From an uncultured Acidobacteriota bacterium (GTDB lineage: Bacteria > Acidobacteriota > Terriglobia > UBA7540): 64,000 bases of DNA. Position 1 is the stretch's first letter; each line of letters opens with the position of its first letter. Position numbers and translations under genes: made by a program. This document shows positions 30,226 through 39,988 of the stretch, in pieces. The stretch spans positions 1,856,001 through 1,920,000 of the forward strand of contig CAWDSK010000006.1 in the NCBI GenBank assembly GCA_963804995.1. Reading direction: 5' to 3'. A model generated the notes under the pieces. It did not search any database, was not told where the DNA came from, and saw only the letters and a program-made list of their open reading frames with translations.

Positions 30226-30402
30226 CTAGACCTGGTCTTGAGTCTTGTAATCACAAGCCTCTCGGCAGTCCTGGCAGTAGTATTGACCATCTTCAGTGAG
30301 TCGGAGGGTGTAGTCGGTTTGGCACAGAGCACAGTATTTGTGGCACTTGCAGAGGTCCTCTTGTTTGTCGCAGACAATGCACTTAAATATCTTGTATGCC
30401 AT
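30226..30402 (-). CDS. Small Cys-rich (putative zinc-binding) protein
   Basis: CIVC..CKC..YCALC..YYCQDC..AC in 58 aa. Confidence 0.65.
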   Translation of the reverse strand: MAYKIFKCIVCDKQEDLCKCHKYCALCQTDYTLRLTEDGQYYCQDCREACDYKTQDQV

Positions 30403-30443
30403 AACGCGCAAGCCTCACTTTCACGAATTCAAAACCTGCCAGA

Positions 30444-30476
30444 CTATTCTGCTGCTTTGGACGCACAAAATCAAAC
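30444..30476 (-). promoter_or_regulatory. Putative sigma70 promoter, duplicated at ~34613-34645
   Basis: Minus strand TTGATT-N17-CAGAAT upstream of the Cys-rich gene. Confidence 0.5.
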
Positions 30477-30614
30477 CAGGGAGGTGTGTTGAGCAAGCCC
30501 TCCGGTGGTGGGGTCTTATTACTTGAAATAGTGTATTGCTCAAGTTGACGTCCGCCGATACTATAGTTAATGCTGGAACAAATGGAGCTACGTTTATCGG
30601 CGCTCACTGACCCC

Positions 30615-31298
30615 ATGGGAACTATACCTATAAAGGACAAAACCCCCTCAACATATACGCCGCTTAGCAGCGTTTGGCAGGGAAGCGATGGAGATCTGCT
30701 CGAAGCAATGTTTAAGTTCTACGCGACCATTCCGCCTGAACCGATTTTGGACGCAACTTACAACGCGGGACGATTCTGGAAAGGCTCTAAACGGCGCATC
30801 GTTTCGATGGATATTGACCCGAAATACAGACCGATGATCGTCGATGACAATCGCAAAATGACCAAAGTTCCGTCTGCAAAATATGGCGTGGTCGTTTACG
30901 ACCCGCCACACGTGGGACCACAAGGGCGGGACAAGAGCAAGAAGCGATTCGATGTGGACTTTGGGGCGACGGTAGAGTGTGGTAAGGACCAAAATTGGAA
31001 CCTGAGTTACCTTTATCCGCCATTTTTGAAGCAGGCTAAGCGAGTGTTAAAGCCTGATGGTTTGCTGCTGGCGAAGATTACGGATATGGTGAATAACCAC
31101 AAGTCGAAATGGCCGCACTGTGACTTCATGCGAATGGCGGAAGAAGCGGGGTTTACTGTCTGCGATCTTATAATCAAAATCCGCAATGGCCCGATGGTTT
31201 CAAACAAGTGGAAAGAAGCCCATCACGCACGAAAGCGCCATTGCTTTTGGATTGTGTGCCGCAACGGGGACGCCTGCGAACGAGAGGTCAAGGCATGA
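30615..31298 (+). CDS. Putative amino (N4C/N6A) DNA methyltransferase
   Basis: ILDATYNAGRFW SAM-binding motif, VVYDPPH catalytic-type motif, RVLKPDG; start uncertain (30570 or 30615). Confidence 0.7.
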   Translation: MGTIPIKDKTPSTYTPLSSVWQGSDGDLLEAMFKFYATIPPEPILDATYNAGRFWKGSKRRIVSMDIDPKYRPMIVDDNRKMTKVPSAKYGVVVYDPPHVGPQGRDKSKKRFDVDFGATVECGKDQNWNLSYLYPPFLKQAKRVLKPDGLLLAKITDMVNNHKSKWPHCDFMRMAEEAGFTVCDLIIKIRNGPMVSNKWKEAHHARKRHCFWIVCRNGDACEREVKA

Positions 31299-31591
31299 AA
31301 CTTTCATTCTTTCCGGGTCAGCTTTTCCTCGACTCTGCGGACGACGGCACCCTGCGAGTGACGCTAAATGGGGAAGAAGTGCTTTGCACGCGGTCTAAGC
31401 GAGCAGCGGTAGCGAGATTCAATGCCCTTCGCGAAGAAATGGAGCGCCGCTTTCCACCCCACGAACTTACGCAAGAGGAGAAAGCTGAGGCGTTCAAAAG
31501 GGCAGTCGCCGATTCCCTAGTTCGGCACAACAGCCTTGGCGGCAGAAAGAAGAAGACGACGGCAGGGTCCACTAGGACATTCGGGGGTTAG
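31295..31591 (+). CDS. Small hypothetical protein coupled to the methyltransferase
   Basis: ATGA overlap with the MTase stop; 98 aa. Confidence 0.6.
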   Translation: MKLSFFPGQLFLDSADDGTLRVTLNGEEVLCTRSKRAAVARFNALREEMERRFPPHELTQEEKAEAFKRAVADSLVRHNSLGGRKKKTTAGSTRTFGG

Positions 31592-31794
31592 GGCTTCCTC
31601 AACGTCAAGCCAGCCTGTATTTTCCCCGCAGTCATCGCGTTTCCAGCCAGCGCGCCAATATTTCCATGTGTTGTCGGACATTGTTGTTTGGGCCGATCCG
31701 GTGTACTGTACCCTTGAAAACGTGTCCCACGCTCCGGGGCTGGGCGCGAGCTGGTCGCACAACTCTCGTGTGACCCACAAGGGGACAATGCGGA

Positions 31795-32625
31795 ATGACA
31801 CCCGAGAATTTGGAACAAGTTGCCGCTGAGCTCAAGAAGCTCTCCGACAATCTCTCGCAGGAAACTCCTCCGGTCCTAAGGAGGGCACGTGCGACAAAAA
31901 TCCGCCGATCTATAATTGAAACCTGCGCAAAACTCCATAAGGTTGTGGAGGATCTCGACCCCGTTAAGTCGGCGGAATTTGTCTTCGACCCCTCAAATCC
32001 CAATGTTGTCGGCAGGATTGTGGGCATCACGATGATTGCGCAGCAGCGGAGACCACTGGCACGCGTTCAGCGGTTCTATGGGTCGGGCATCTACGCAATC
32101 TATTACAAGGGTGACTTTGCGGCTTACAAAGCGATTTCGAACCGCGAGCACCCCATCTATGTTGGAAAAGCTGACCCTGCTGCCCCATCGGCCAAGACGC
32201 CCATCGAGCAGGGCGAGCGCTTGTCCAACCGGTTAAAAGACCACCGAAGAACCATCACCAAGGCCGCGACCCTACGCTTGGAGGATTTCGAATACCGCGC
32301 GCTCGTAGTACAAAGCGGATGGCAGGATGCCGCGGAGAAGTATCTCATTGACCTTTTCAAGCCGATATGGAACAAGGAGATCGGCATTTTGTATGGTATC
32401 GGCAAGCACGGGGATGCTCCGGAGACGCGCGCGAATCTTCGCTCCCCCTGGGACACTCTGCATCCGGGGCGTGATTGGGCGCACCGCGACGAGAGTATGA
32501 AGGATGCAAAGCCGCGCGCGCAGATCGTCAAGGAGATTTCGAGTCACCTCGCGGAAAACCCGCCTTTTGAAACGGTCGACCAGATTCTGCGCCGATTCCT
32601 CGATGAAATGCGTACCCGGTCTTAG
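31795..32625 (+). CDS. Eco29kI-family GIY-YIG restriction endonuclease
   Basis: FYGSGIYAIYYKG, PIYVGKA, RLKDH, AEKYLIDLFKPIWN, GIGKHGD, SPWDTLHPGR. Confidence 0.88.
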   Translation: MTPENLEQVAAELKKLSDNLSQETPPVLRRARATKIRRSIIETCAKLHKVVEDLDPVKSAEFVFDPSNPNVVGRIVGITMIAQQRRPLARVQRFYGSGIYAIYYKGDFAAYKAISNREHPIYVGKADPAAPSAKTPIEQGERLSNRLKDHRRTITKAATLRLEDFEYRALVVQSGWQDAAEKYLIDLFKPIWNKEIGILYGIGKHGDAPETRANLRSPWDTLHPGRDWAHRDESMKDAKPRAQIVKEISSHLAENPPFETVDQILRRFLDEMRTRS

Positions 32626-32645
32626 TAAGAGGGTATTTTTAGGCG

Positions 32646-32737
32646 GGTTGGCGCAGAGCGAAGCTCTGCGTTGTTGTGCGCAAGGTGGGCAGGCTCAGAG
32701 ACGTGAGTCGCAGAGCTGTGCTCTGCGCCCGCCGGCC
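32646..32737. repeat. ~92-bp palindromic repeat, copy 1 of 3
   Basis: ggttggcgcagagcgaagctctgcgttgttgtgcgcaaggtggg...cgcagagctgtgctctgcgcccgccggcc. Confidence 0.92.
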
Positions 32738-32847
32738 CCTTACGCCGGACAAACACAAACGGGCAGTGGCGGCGACGCTTCCGAAAAATAATCCAAAGCA
32801 AGGCAAGACAGTAAATCGCTATAGACGAAACGCGAGAGGATAAAACC

Positions 32848-33510
32848 GTGGACGATAATACGCTTCTCCTCTGGATCGATAGGGGAAAGAATCTTGCTGC
32901 TCTTTTAGTTGTAATTGGCGTCGCAGGCGAATTACTTGGAGACTTCCTTGCAGGACCTGCTAGGAAAAGGCAAGAAGAATCGCGAAAACTAGAAATTGCA
33001 GGCCTTACCAAAAAGGCTGGCGAAGCAGACCAGAAGGCTGAAGGTTTCCGACTCCAAATAGCCCAGGCGAATGAGCGGGCGGCGAATGCTGAAAAAGAAA
33101 CGGCGCGGCTAAAAAGGACTGCTGAGGATGAGAGGATCGCGCGCGTTAGGATCGAAGAACGAATGGCACCGCGCAGAATTACATCCAAGCAGCATGATGA
33201 ATTTGTCTCAGTTCTGATACCGTATAGCGGTTCAGTCGTGGGGCTTGAACAGCTTGGGGAAAAGGAAGCGACAACTTTTGCTGAAGACATTCTAAACGTG
33301 CTCAGCGACTCAGGCTGGAACGTCCTAAAAAGTTTTTCTGGAATAGTTTCGCCACCTCCATACGGACTTATTTGCATCGTTGATGACAGCACACCAGCAG
33401 GTAAGGCCCTTGGTGCTTTGCTGAAGACACTTCCTACTGCAAACGTTAGATTCTCTCCAGTGAAGGGTGGAGTCGCCTCCATTCTTGTTGGCCTCAAGCC
33501 ACCGCCATAA
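32848..33510 (+). CDS. Hypothetical membrane-anchored coiled-coil protein (lower GC)
   Basis: N-terminal TM LAALLVVIGVAGELLG, coiled coil, C-terminal alpha/beta region; GAGG RBS. Confidence 0.7.
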   Translation: MDDNTLLLWIDRGKNLAALLVVIGVAGELLGDFLAGPARKRQEESRKLEIAGLTKKAGEADQKAEGFRLQIAQANERAANAEKETARLKRTAEDERIARVRIEERMAPRRITSKQHDEFVSVLIPYSGSVVGLEQLGEKEATTFAEDILNVLSDSGWNVLKSFSGIVSPPPYGLICIVDDSTPAGKALGALLKTLPTANVRFSPVKGGVASILVGLKPPP

Positions 33511-33533
33511 GCTAAAATGACGGGCAATAGGCC

Positions 33534-33625
33534 GGTTGGCGCAGAGCGAAACTCTGCGTTGTTGTGCGCAAGGTGGGCACGCTCAGAGACGTGAGTCGCA
33601 GAGCTGTGCTCTGCGACAGCCGGCC
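33534..33625. repeat. ~92-bp palindromic repeat, copy 2 of 3
   Basis: Near-identical to 32646-32737. Confidence 0.92.
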
Positions 33626-33657
33626 TGTTGAAGTTAGGCGGGGAGTATAATGCAATT

Positions 33658-34440
33658 TTATGGGCTTTGCTTGGCGATATCGCCATTATTTTTCCTCAGT
33701 GTACCGCAATAGCGTTCGAGATATTGAGGAACCGAAAACTTGACTCGCTTAAGGTTCTCAGGAAGCATAGCGGGGTTACTCTTGATGGTCTTCCCGTTAC
33801 CTTCTTCTGCTCCAAGTACTTGGAATGTGGCACCAAACACGTAATCGAAAAAATCATTCGCATTCGGCACCTTAAACAGAGCGTATCCTTCTCCCGGCAG
33901 AACAGAGCGAATAGGCATGGCCGTTAGTGGTAGAGGCTCAGGTCGAGGCGTGTTCTGTGGGTCGAGGATGAAAACCAACTCGCCCTTAAATTTTACCTGC
34001 ATAGATTGTCTCCAAATGTCCGTGCTACCACGCATTAGCTTTAAATGCCAATCTGATATTCGGACATGGCGGCTTCCGGCCACCTTTACCTCCAAAAGAA
34101 TAGCCATTGCGTTTTGATCCTGTGGGTCTCGGCCAAAGAACCCTTGCAAGATTAAGACATCAAACTCTGGCTTAGGATAATCGAGATTCTTGTCTTTCCT
34201 GTTTACCAGTGATTTCCAGATGCCTATCAAGGCAGGAAGCGCCATCGAAATCCCGAGGGCGGCCAGACCGACTATAATCCACACGGAGAGATTCATTTGT
34301 GTCCCTCCGCTCGCCTGGGGCACCCTTGGCTCTCTCGGAAAGAAATAGGCGATTGTTGCGATAATGGCGCAGTATGCCCCAGACACCGCTTGAATGACCT
34401 GTAAGATAAATGAGGACCCCAGCTTTTGAGCCATATACAC
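33658..34440 (-). CDS. Hypothetical protein with two N-terminal TM segments (lower GC)
   Basis: 260-aa ORF filling the space between repeats 2 and 3. Confidence 0.65.
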   Translation of the reverse strand: MYMAQKLGSSFILQVIQAVSGAYCAIIATIAYFFPREPRVPQASGGTQMNLSVWIIVGLAALGISMALPALIGIWKSLVNRKDKNLDYPKPEFDVLILQGFFGRDPQDQNAMAILLEVKVAGSRHVRISDWHLKLMRGSTDIWRQSMQVKFKGELVFILDPQNTPRPEPLPLTAMPIRSVLPGEGYALFKVPNANDFFDYVFGATFQVLGAEEGNGKTIKSNPAMLPENLKRVKFSVPQYLERYCGTLRKNNGDIAKQSP

Positions 34441-34522
34441 CTCGATAGAGGAAATGTTTGCCTATCATCCTCTGCCGATCGAGGTGATTCAAGTTGTTTG
34501 TGGAAACCTACGGATTTTGGCA

Positions 34523-34609
34523 GGTTGGCGCAGAGCGAAGCTCTGCGTTGTTGTGCGTAAGGTGGGCAGGCTCAGAGATGTGAGGCGCAGAGCTGTGCGC
34601 CAGCCGGCC
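34523..34609. repeat. Palindromic repeat, copy 3 of 3 (5-nt deletion)
   Basis: Near-identical to copies 1 and 2. Confidence 0.9.
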
Positions 34610-34706
34610 AGTCTATTCTGCTGCTTTGGAAGAACAAAATCAAACTATGACGGTGTGTTACGCGACGCCTCCGGCAGTGACTCATGCTGAGGCGCCACGG
34701 CCATCT

Positions 34707-34861
34707 GAAGGTGTGAAAAATCGTCTAAAACCTTCTTACCGCAGAGACGCTGAGGCGCAGAGATCTAAAACAATTAACTGATCTGTATTCTTTGGGGCCT
34801 CCGCGCCTCTGCGTCTCTGCGCGAGATGCTTTGGCTCGTTCAGGGATTTTTTCACGACTTC
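34707..34861. mobile_element. MITE-like element, inverted relative of 16738-16886
   Basis: ctccgcgcctctgcgtctctgcgcgagatgctttggctcgttcagggattt matches the reverse complement of the 16.75-16.80 kb segment. Confidence 0.7.
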
Positions 34862-35476
34862 GGATGGCCACGCCAATTTTTTCGGACAATTCGCTGCCCA
34901 CCTTGCATTTTTGGGCTACCGGTAGCCCAAACGCTCGTTTATCCTATTGACATAAACCACTCGATTAAGAGCACAATAGAGGTGAAGAGGCGTAGCGCCA
35001 TGATGCGTCTAGGCAGCACTCGAACAACCACGGCCCCAAAAACGGGGGTCTGCCATGCCTCACGAACCCTCCGACAAACGTCCGGGAAGGGGCCGGTGAC
35101 CCATAGAGATGTTAAAAATGAAGGTCGATCCGGCGATGTGTATGAAAACACAGGAGAGTTCGACAAAATGTCAGGCTATTGTTCGAGTTTTTTGCAGAAA
35201 ATTCCGGGATTTTGCGAAAATAAACGGCATTCGATCAGGATTGTTGGCCGAAAATGCACAGGTTATGCGGAAATTCGGGGCGAATCAGCGACGAAGCCGA
35301 GTAGGTGCCATGCCGGATTGGGAATCAATGCGTCCGAACTGAAATTAGCCATAGTGCACCGCTACCTGCCCCCTCCGTGCCTTGACCGGTTTGGAGAGTC
35401 TGTGCTAGGTTGGTTGTTTTCCTTGATTAGGATTTCTGGGGTGGGGGATTCAGTTTTGGCTGGGCCGACAGAAGCG

Positions 35477-36574
35477 ATGCTGAAACAAACGGCGCTGAAC
35501 GCTGTGCATCGGGCCGCCGGCGCCAGGATGGTGGATTTTTGCGGCTGGGACATGCCGGTCGAGTATTCCGGCATCACCCGCGAACATCTGGCCGTGCGCA
35601 CAGCAGCGGGACTCTTCGATGTGAGTCACATGGGGGAAATCGAAGTCTACGGCGCCCCGGCCTGCAGCCTTCTCCAGTTCGTCACGTCCAACAACGTCTC
35701 CCGCTTAGTCGACAATCAAGCTCAGTACAGCGCGCTGATGATGCCTAACGGCGCCGCCATCGATGATTGCATCGTCCACCGCTTTTCGGAGGACCATTAC
35801 TTTATCTGCGTGAACGCCGCCAATACGGACCGGGATTACGACTGGATCACCAAGCACAATTCCTTTGGCGCTGGGGTACGCAACGTTTCCGCGCACTACT
35901 CTCAGGTGGCCCTGCAAGGGCCGCGTGCGGTTGAGATCATGGCTAAAGTCACGGCGCCCGCTCCAGGGGATTTGAAGTATTACTGGTTCCGAGCGGCCCG
36001 TTGTTGCGGTGTGGAAGGGATGCTGGCGCGGACCGGATATACCGGCGAGGATGGCTTCGAGTTCTATTTCCCACCGGATCAGTCTGTCGAGGTGTGGAAC
36101 GGACTTTTGGAAGCGGGCAAGACCGAGGGCCTGATTCCGGTCGGCCTGGGGGCTCGCAACACGCTGCGGCTCGAGGCGGCATACCCTCTCTACGGACACG
36201 AACTGGACGAAGAGACCACGCTTCTGGAAGCCAACCTCGGCTGGATCACGAGGCTTGAGAAGGGGGATTTCCTGGGGCGCCAGGCGCTCCTTCGGCAGCG
36301 CGAGCGGGGTGTCTCGAAGAAGCTGGTGGGATTTGAAATGACCGACCGGCCCATTGCGCGCGATGGGTATCCCGTCTGGGTGGACGGAGGGGCCGTGGGG
36401 AAAGTCACCAGTGGCTCGCCCGCCCCCTTCCTTAAGAAGAATATCGGATTAGCTTATGTGCCCTCCTCTTCGACCGAGGTGGGGCGCGAGATTGATATTG
36501 AAATTCGCGGGAAACTCGCACCCGCGCGGATTGTTTCACTACCTTTCTACAAGCGTCCGAAGTTAGGAAACTAG
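35477..36574 (+). CDS. gcvT: Glycine cleavage system T protein
   Basis: GWDMPVEY, EHLAVR, LFDVSHMG, RTGYTGEDGFE, GLGARNTLRLEA; start may be TTG 35456. Confidence 0.95.
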   Translation: MLKQTALNAVHRAAGARMVDFCGWDMPVEYSGITREHLAVRTAAGLFDVSHMGEIEVYGAPACSLLQFVTSNNVSRLVDNQAQYSALMMPNGAAIDDCIVHRFSEDHYFICVNAANTDRDYDWITKHNSFGAGVRNVSAHYSQVALQGPRAVEIMAKVTAPAPGDLKYYWFRAARCCGVEGMLARTGYTGEDGFEFYFPPDQSVEVWNGLLEAGKTEGLIPVGLGARNTLRLEAAYPLYGHELDEETTLLEANLGWITRLEKGDFLGRQALLRQRERGVSKKLVGFEMTDRPIARDGYPVWVDGGAVGKVTSGSPAPFLKKNIGLAYVPSSSTEVGREIDIEIRGKLAPARIVSLPFYKRPKLGN

Positions 36575-36666
36575 GCCCGGGTTTCCTTCGGCCCGCCGAC
36601 CCTGCCAAAGTGGCGCCGGAAGCCACGAAGTAGCGGCGGCGTAATCAAAACGGAGAAGAGTTCCCC

Positions 36667-37056
36667 ATGTACCCACCAGAATTCCTTTACACCAAAGACC
36701 ACGAGTGGATCCGAGTGGACGAGTCCGTGGGAACGATCGGCATCACCGATTACGCCCAGAAAGAATTGGGCGATGTCGTCTTCGTGGAACTGCCCAAGCC
36801 CGGCGACCACGTGACGGCAGCGGAGTCCTTCGGCACCATCGAGTCGGTCAAAGCAGTATCCGAGATCTATTCCCCGGTAAATGGCGAGGTGACCGCCGTC
36901 AACGGCAAGCTTCAGAACAACCCGGAGATCGTCAACACCGACCCACATGGTGACGCCTGGTTGATTAAAGTTCGGCTGGCCGACCGCACCGAAATCGACA
37001 AGCTGATGACTGCGGATGAATACGAGGCGTACATCCAACAGGAAAAGGCCCATTGA
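36667..37056 (+). CDS. gcvH: Glycine cleavage system H protein
   Basis: YTKDHEW, GITDYAQKELGDVVFVELP, ESVKAVS lipoyl Lys. Confidence 0.96.
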   Translation: MYPPEFLYTKDHEWIRVDESVGTIGITDYAQKELGDVVFVELPKPGDHVTAAESFGTIESVKAVSEIYSPVNGEVTAVNGKLQNNPEIVNTDPHGDAWLIKVRLADRTEIDKLMTADEYEAYIQQEKAH

Positions 37057-38420
37057 TGCGCTATTTGCCGAACTCGCCGGCTGACCGGCAAGCCATGCTC
37101 CGGGCCACGGGAAATACCTCGATCGCCGAACTCTTCCGGCAGATTCCCGCTGAGCTCAGATTCCGTGGAGACCTGAATCTTCCCGGGCCGCTCTCGGAGG
37201 CCGAAATCCTCACGTTCTTCGAGCAGGCCGCCGGCGCCACCAGCCGCGAGTACGTTTCCCTGCTCGGGGCGGGGACCTATTCGCACTATCGCCCGGTCGT
37301 AGTGGATGCCCTGCTCTCACGCGGCGAGTTCTTCACCGCTTACACACCATACCAGGCTGAAATCTCTCAGGGAACCCTTCAGGCGATGTTCGAGTTTCAG
37401 ACCTTAATGGCGCAGCTCACGGGCCAGGAGGTCTCGAACGCTTCCCTCTACGACGGGTCGACCGCGACTACCGAAGCCGTGCTGATGGCCTTGCGCGTCA
37501 CTCGCCGCCGCCGTGTCGTGCTGGCGCGAACCCTGCACCCGGAATACCGCCAGGTGCTGAAGACTTTTGTGCGCCAACAGGACGTCACGCTGGCGGACGT
37601 ACCCTGCACCGCCACTGGCCAGATCGACATGGCGCAACTCGAAGCCACGCTCGACTCGGAAACGGCCGCCGTGGTGATCCAGTCACCGAATTTCTTCGGG
37701 ACGCTGGAGCACACCTCCGAGGTTGCGTCCCTCGTGCACCGCCATGGCGCATTGTTGATTGTCGCCATCACGGAGCCGCTGTCCCTGGCCATCGTCAAGC
37801 CTCCCAGCTCTGCCGACATCGTTTGCGGTGAGGCGCAGTCCTTCGGAGTGCCAGTTTCCTACGGTGGGCCTTACGTGGGCTTCCTGACCACGCAGGAAAA
37901 ATTCCTTCGCCAGATGCCCGGGCGCCTGGTTGGCCAGACCGTCGACACGGAGGGCCGGCGTGGCTTTTGCCTGACCCTGGCAACGCGCGAACAACACATC
38001 CGGCGGGAGAAGGCCACCTCGAACATCTGCACCAATCAGTCACTGTGCGCGCTGGCGGCGACGATTTATCTCTGCCTGCTGGGCAAAACGGGGCTGAAGA
38101 TGCTCGCGGAGCAGAACCTTGCCAAGACTCATTACGCCGCCACCCGGTTGCGGGAAATCCCCGGTGTCGCAACGCCGTTTAGTGGCGCTTGCTTCAATGA
38201 ATTTGTGATTCGGGTTCCGGGTGATGCCGGGCACCTGCTGGAAGAGTTGCGCCGGGATAAGATTATTGGCGGCCTGCAACTGGAGCGGTTCTACCCGGAA
38301 CTCAAGAACCACCTGCTGATCTGTGTCACCGAAATGGTCAGCAAGGCTGCTATCGACCGCTTGGTGGCCGCGTGCCGTCAATTTGCCGTGAGCCCCCGGC
38401 TTGCGGCTCAAACCACTTAG
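37056..38420 (+). CDS. gcvPA: Glycine dehydrogenase subunit 1
   Basis: FTAYTPYQAEISQG, NASLYDG, TREQHIRREKATSNICTNQ. Confidence 0.95.
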   Translation: MRYLPNSPADRQAMLRATGNTSIAELFRQIPAELRFRGDLNLPGPLSEAEILTFFEQAAGATSREYVSLLGAGTYSHYRPVVVDALLSRGEFFTAYTPYQAEISQGTLQAMFEFQTLMAQLTGQEVSNASLYDGSTATTEAVLMALRVTRRRRVVLARTLHPEYRQVLKTFVRQQDVTLADVPCTATGQIDMAQLEATLDSETAAVVIQSPNFFGTLEHTSEVASLVHRHGALLIVAITEPLSLAIVKPPSSADIVCGEAQSFGVPVSYGGPYVGFLTTQEKFLRQMPGRLVGQTVDTEGRRGFCLTLATREQHIRREKATSNICTNQSLCALAATIYLCLLGKTGLKMLAEQNLAKTHYAATRLREIPGVATPFSGACFNEFVIRVPGDAGHLLEELRRDKIIGGLQLERFYPELKNHLLICVTEMVSKAAIDRLVAACRQFAVSPRLAAQTT

Positions 38421-38488
38421 GCCGGATTTTTCACGATGGAGGGGAAGGGCTAGGCTGGAGGCGTTCGTAGGGACTGTGGTTACAACCG

Positions 38489-39988
38489 ATGGCAATGGAA
38501 AATCGCATACACGAAGCGCGTGTTCACGTCACCCGCAATGAAGGACTGATCTTCGAGCGGAGTTCGCCGGGCAAAGTCGGCGCCGAACTCTCTCCCCTGG
38601 ACGTCCCCGCCGTGTCGCCCGCCGAATGGCTGGGTGCGGATCTGGTGCGCGCGGAAATTGACGGCTTCCCGGAAGTCTCCGAACTCGAGGTCATCCGCCA
38701 CTTCACGCGCCTTTCCACCTGGAATTATGGCGTGGACACCGGCCTCTATCCGCTGGGCTCCTGCACGATGAAATACAACGCCGCGCATCAATGAAGTGGT
38801 GGCGCGGTTGGAGGGCCTGGCGACCGACCATCCCTATACTCCCGAGGAATTGGCGCAAGGTTGTTTGCGGATTCTGCATGAGACGGCTCGCTGCCTGCGC
38901 GAAATCACCGGGATGGACGCCATTTCGCTGCAACCCTCCGCCGGCGCCCAGGGAGAACTGACGGGCATCCTGATGATGCGCGCCTGCCTTGCGGAGCGCG
39001 GCAATCCCCGCAAGTACATCCTGATTCCTGACTCCGCGCATGGCACCAACCCGGCCAGCGTCACGATTTCCGGCTACCAGGTCCGGAACATCAAATCGAA
39101 CGAGCTCGGCTGCGTTGACCCTCGTGACGTGGTTCGTGCCATGGATGCGGACGTGGCCGGATTGATGCTGACCAATCCCAACACGCTGGGGATTTTCGAG
39201 TCGGAAATTCATAAGATCGCGGAGATAGTCCATGCGAAGGGCGGCCTCGTTTACATGGACGGCGCCAATATGAATGCGCTGGTGGGCATTGCGCGCCCCG
39301 CGGATTTTGGCGTGGACGTGATGCACCTGAACCTGCACAAGACTTTCTCCACCCCGCACGGCGGCGGCGGTCCGGGCTCAGGTCCGGTGGCCGTAAAGAA
39401 AATCCTGGAGCCCTACTTGCCCTCGCCTAGCGTGGAAGAATCAGCAGACGGAAACTCCACCTCAACTATGATCGCCCCAAGAGCATCGGCCGCGTGCGGG
39501 CTTTTTATGGGAACTTCGGAATGGCGGTGCGGGCACTGGCGTACATTCTGGCGAATGGACCGGAGGGTCTGCGGCAAACCACCGAAGATGCCGTGCTGAA
39601 CGCCAACTATGTGCGCAGCCAGTTGCGCGGCCATTACGATCTGCCCTACGACCTGCCCTGCATGCACGAATGCGTTTTCTCGGATCGTCGCCAGGCCGCG
39701 AAGGGTGTGCACACGGGCGATATTGCGAAGCGCCTGATTGATTATGGATTCCATCCCTACACCACGGCGTTTCCTCTGATCGTGGCGGGTGCGCTGATGA
39801 TCGAACCAACGGAAAGCGCCGGTAAGGAAGAAATGGATGCCTTCATCGACGCGCTGAAGTCGATTGCGGAGGAAGTGGAGCGCGATCCCGAATTTGTTCT
39901 GAAGGCTCCCTACTCAACGCGTGTGACTCGCCTTGACGAAGTCACTGCCGCCCGCAGACCCATTCTGCGCTGGAAACCGCAACCCTAG
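38489..39988 (+). CDS. gcvPB: Glycine dehydrogenase subunit 2, frameshifted near 38780 and 39455
   Basis: YPLGSCTMKYN, SAHGTNPAS, HLNLHKTFSTPHGGGGPG, IAKRLIDYGFH, MIEPTE over three frames. Confidence 0.92.

Noticed and set aside
32622..33686. 354-aa minus-strand ORF
   Set aside because: Antisense to a better plus-strand gene and spans two repeat copies
32646..34609. Classical integron attC array
   Set aside because: No paired RYYYAAC/GTTRRRY ends (one GTTAGGC after copy 2 only), ORFs in opposite orientations, no intI in the window
34826..35455. Long N-terminal extension of GcvT in the ORF track
   Set aside because: Runs through a MITE and non-coding DNA; GcvT similarity starts near MLKQTAL
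35340..35476. Glycine riboswitch upstream of gcvT
   Set aside because: Only an isolated GGAGAG; the remaining aptamer motifs were not seen
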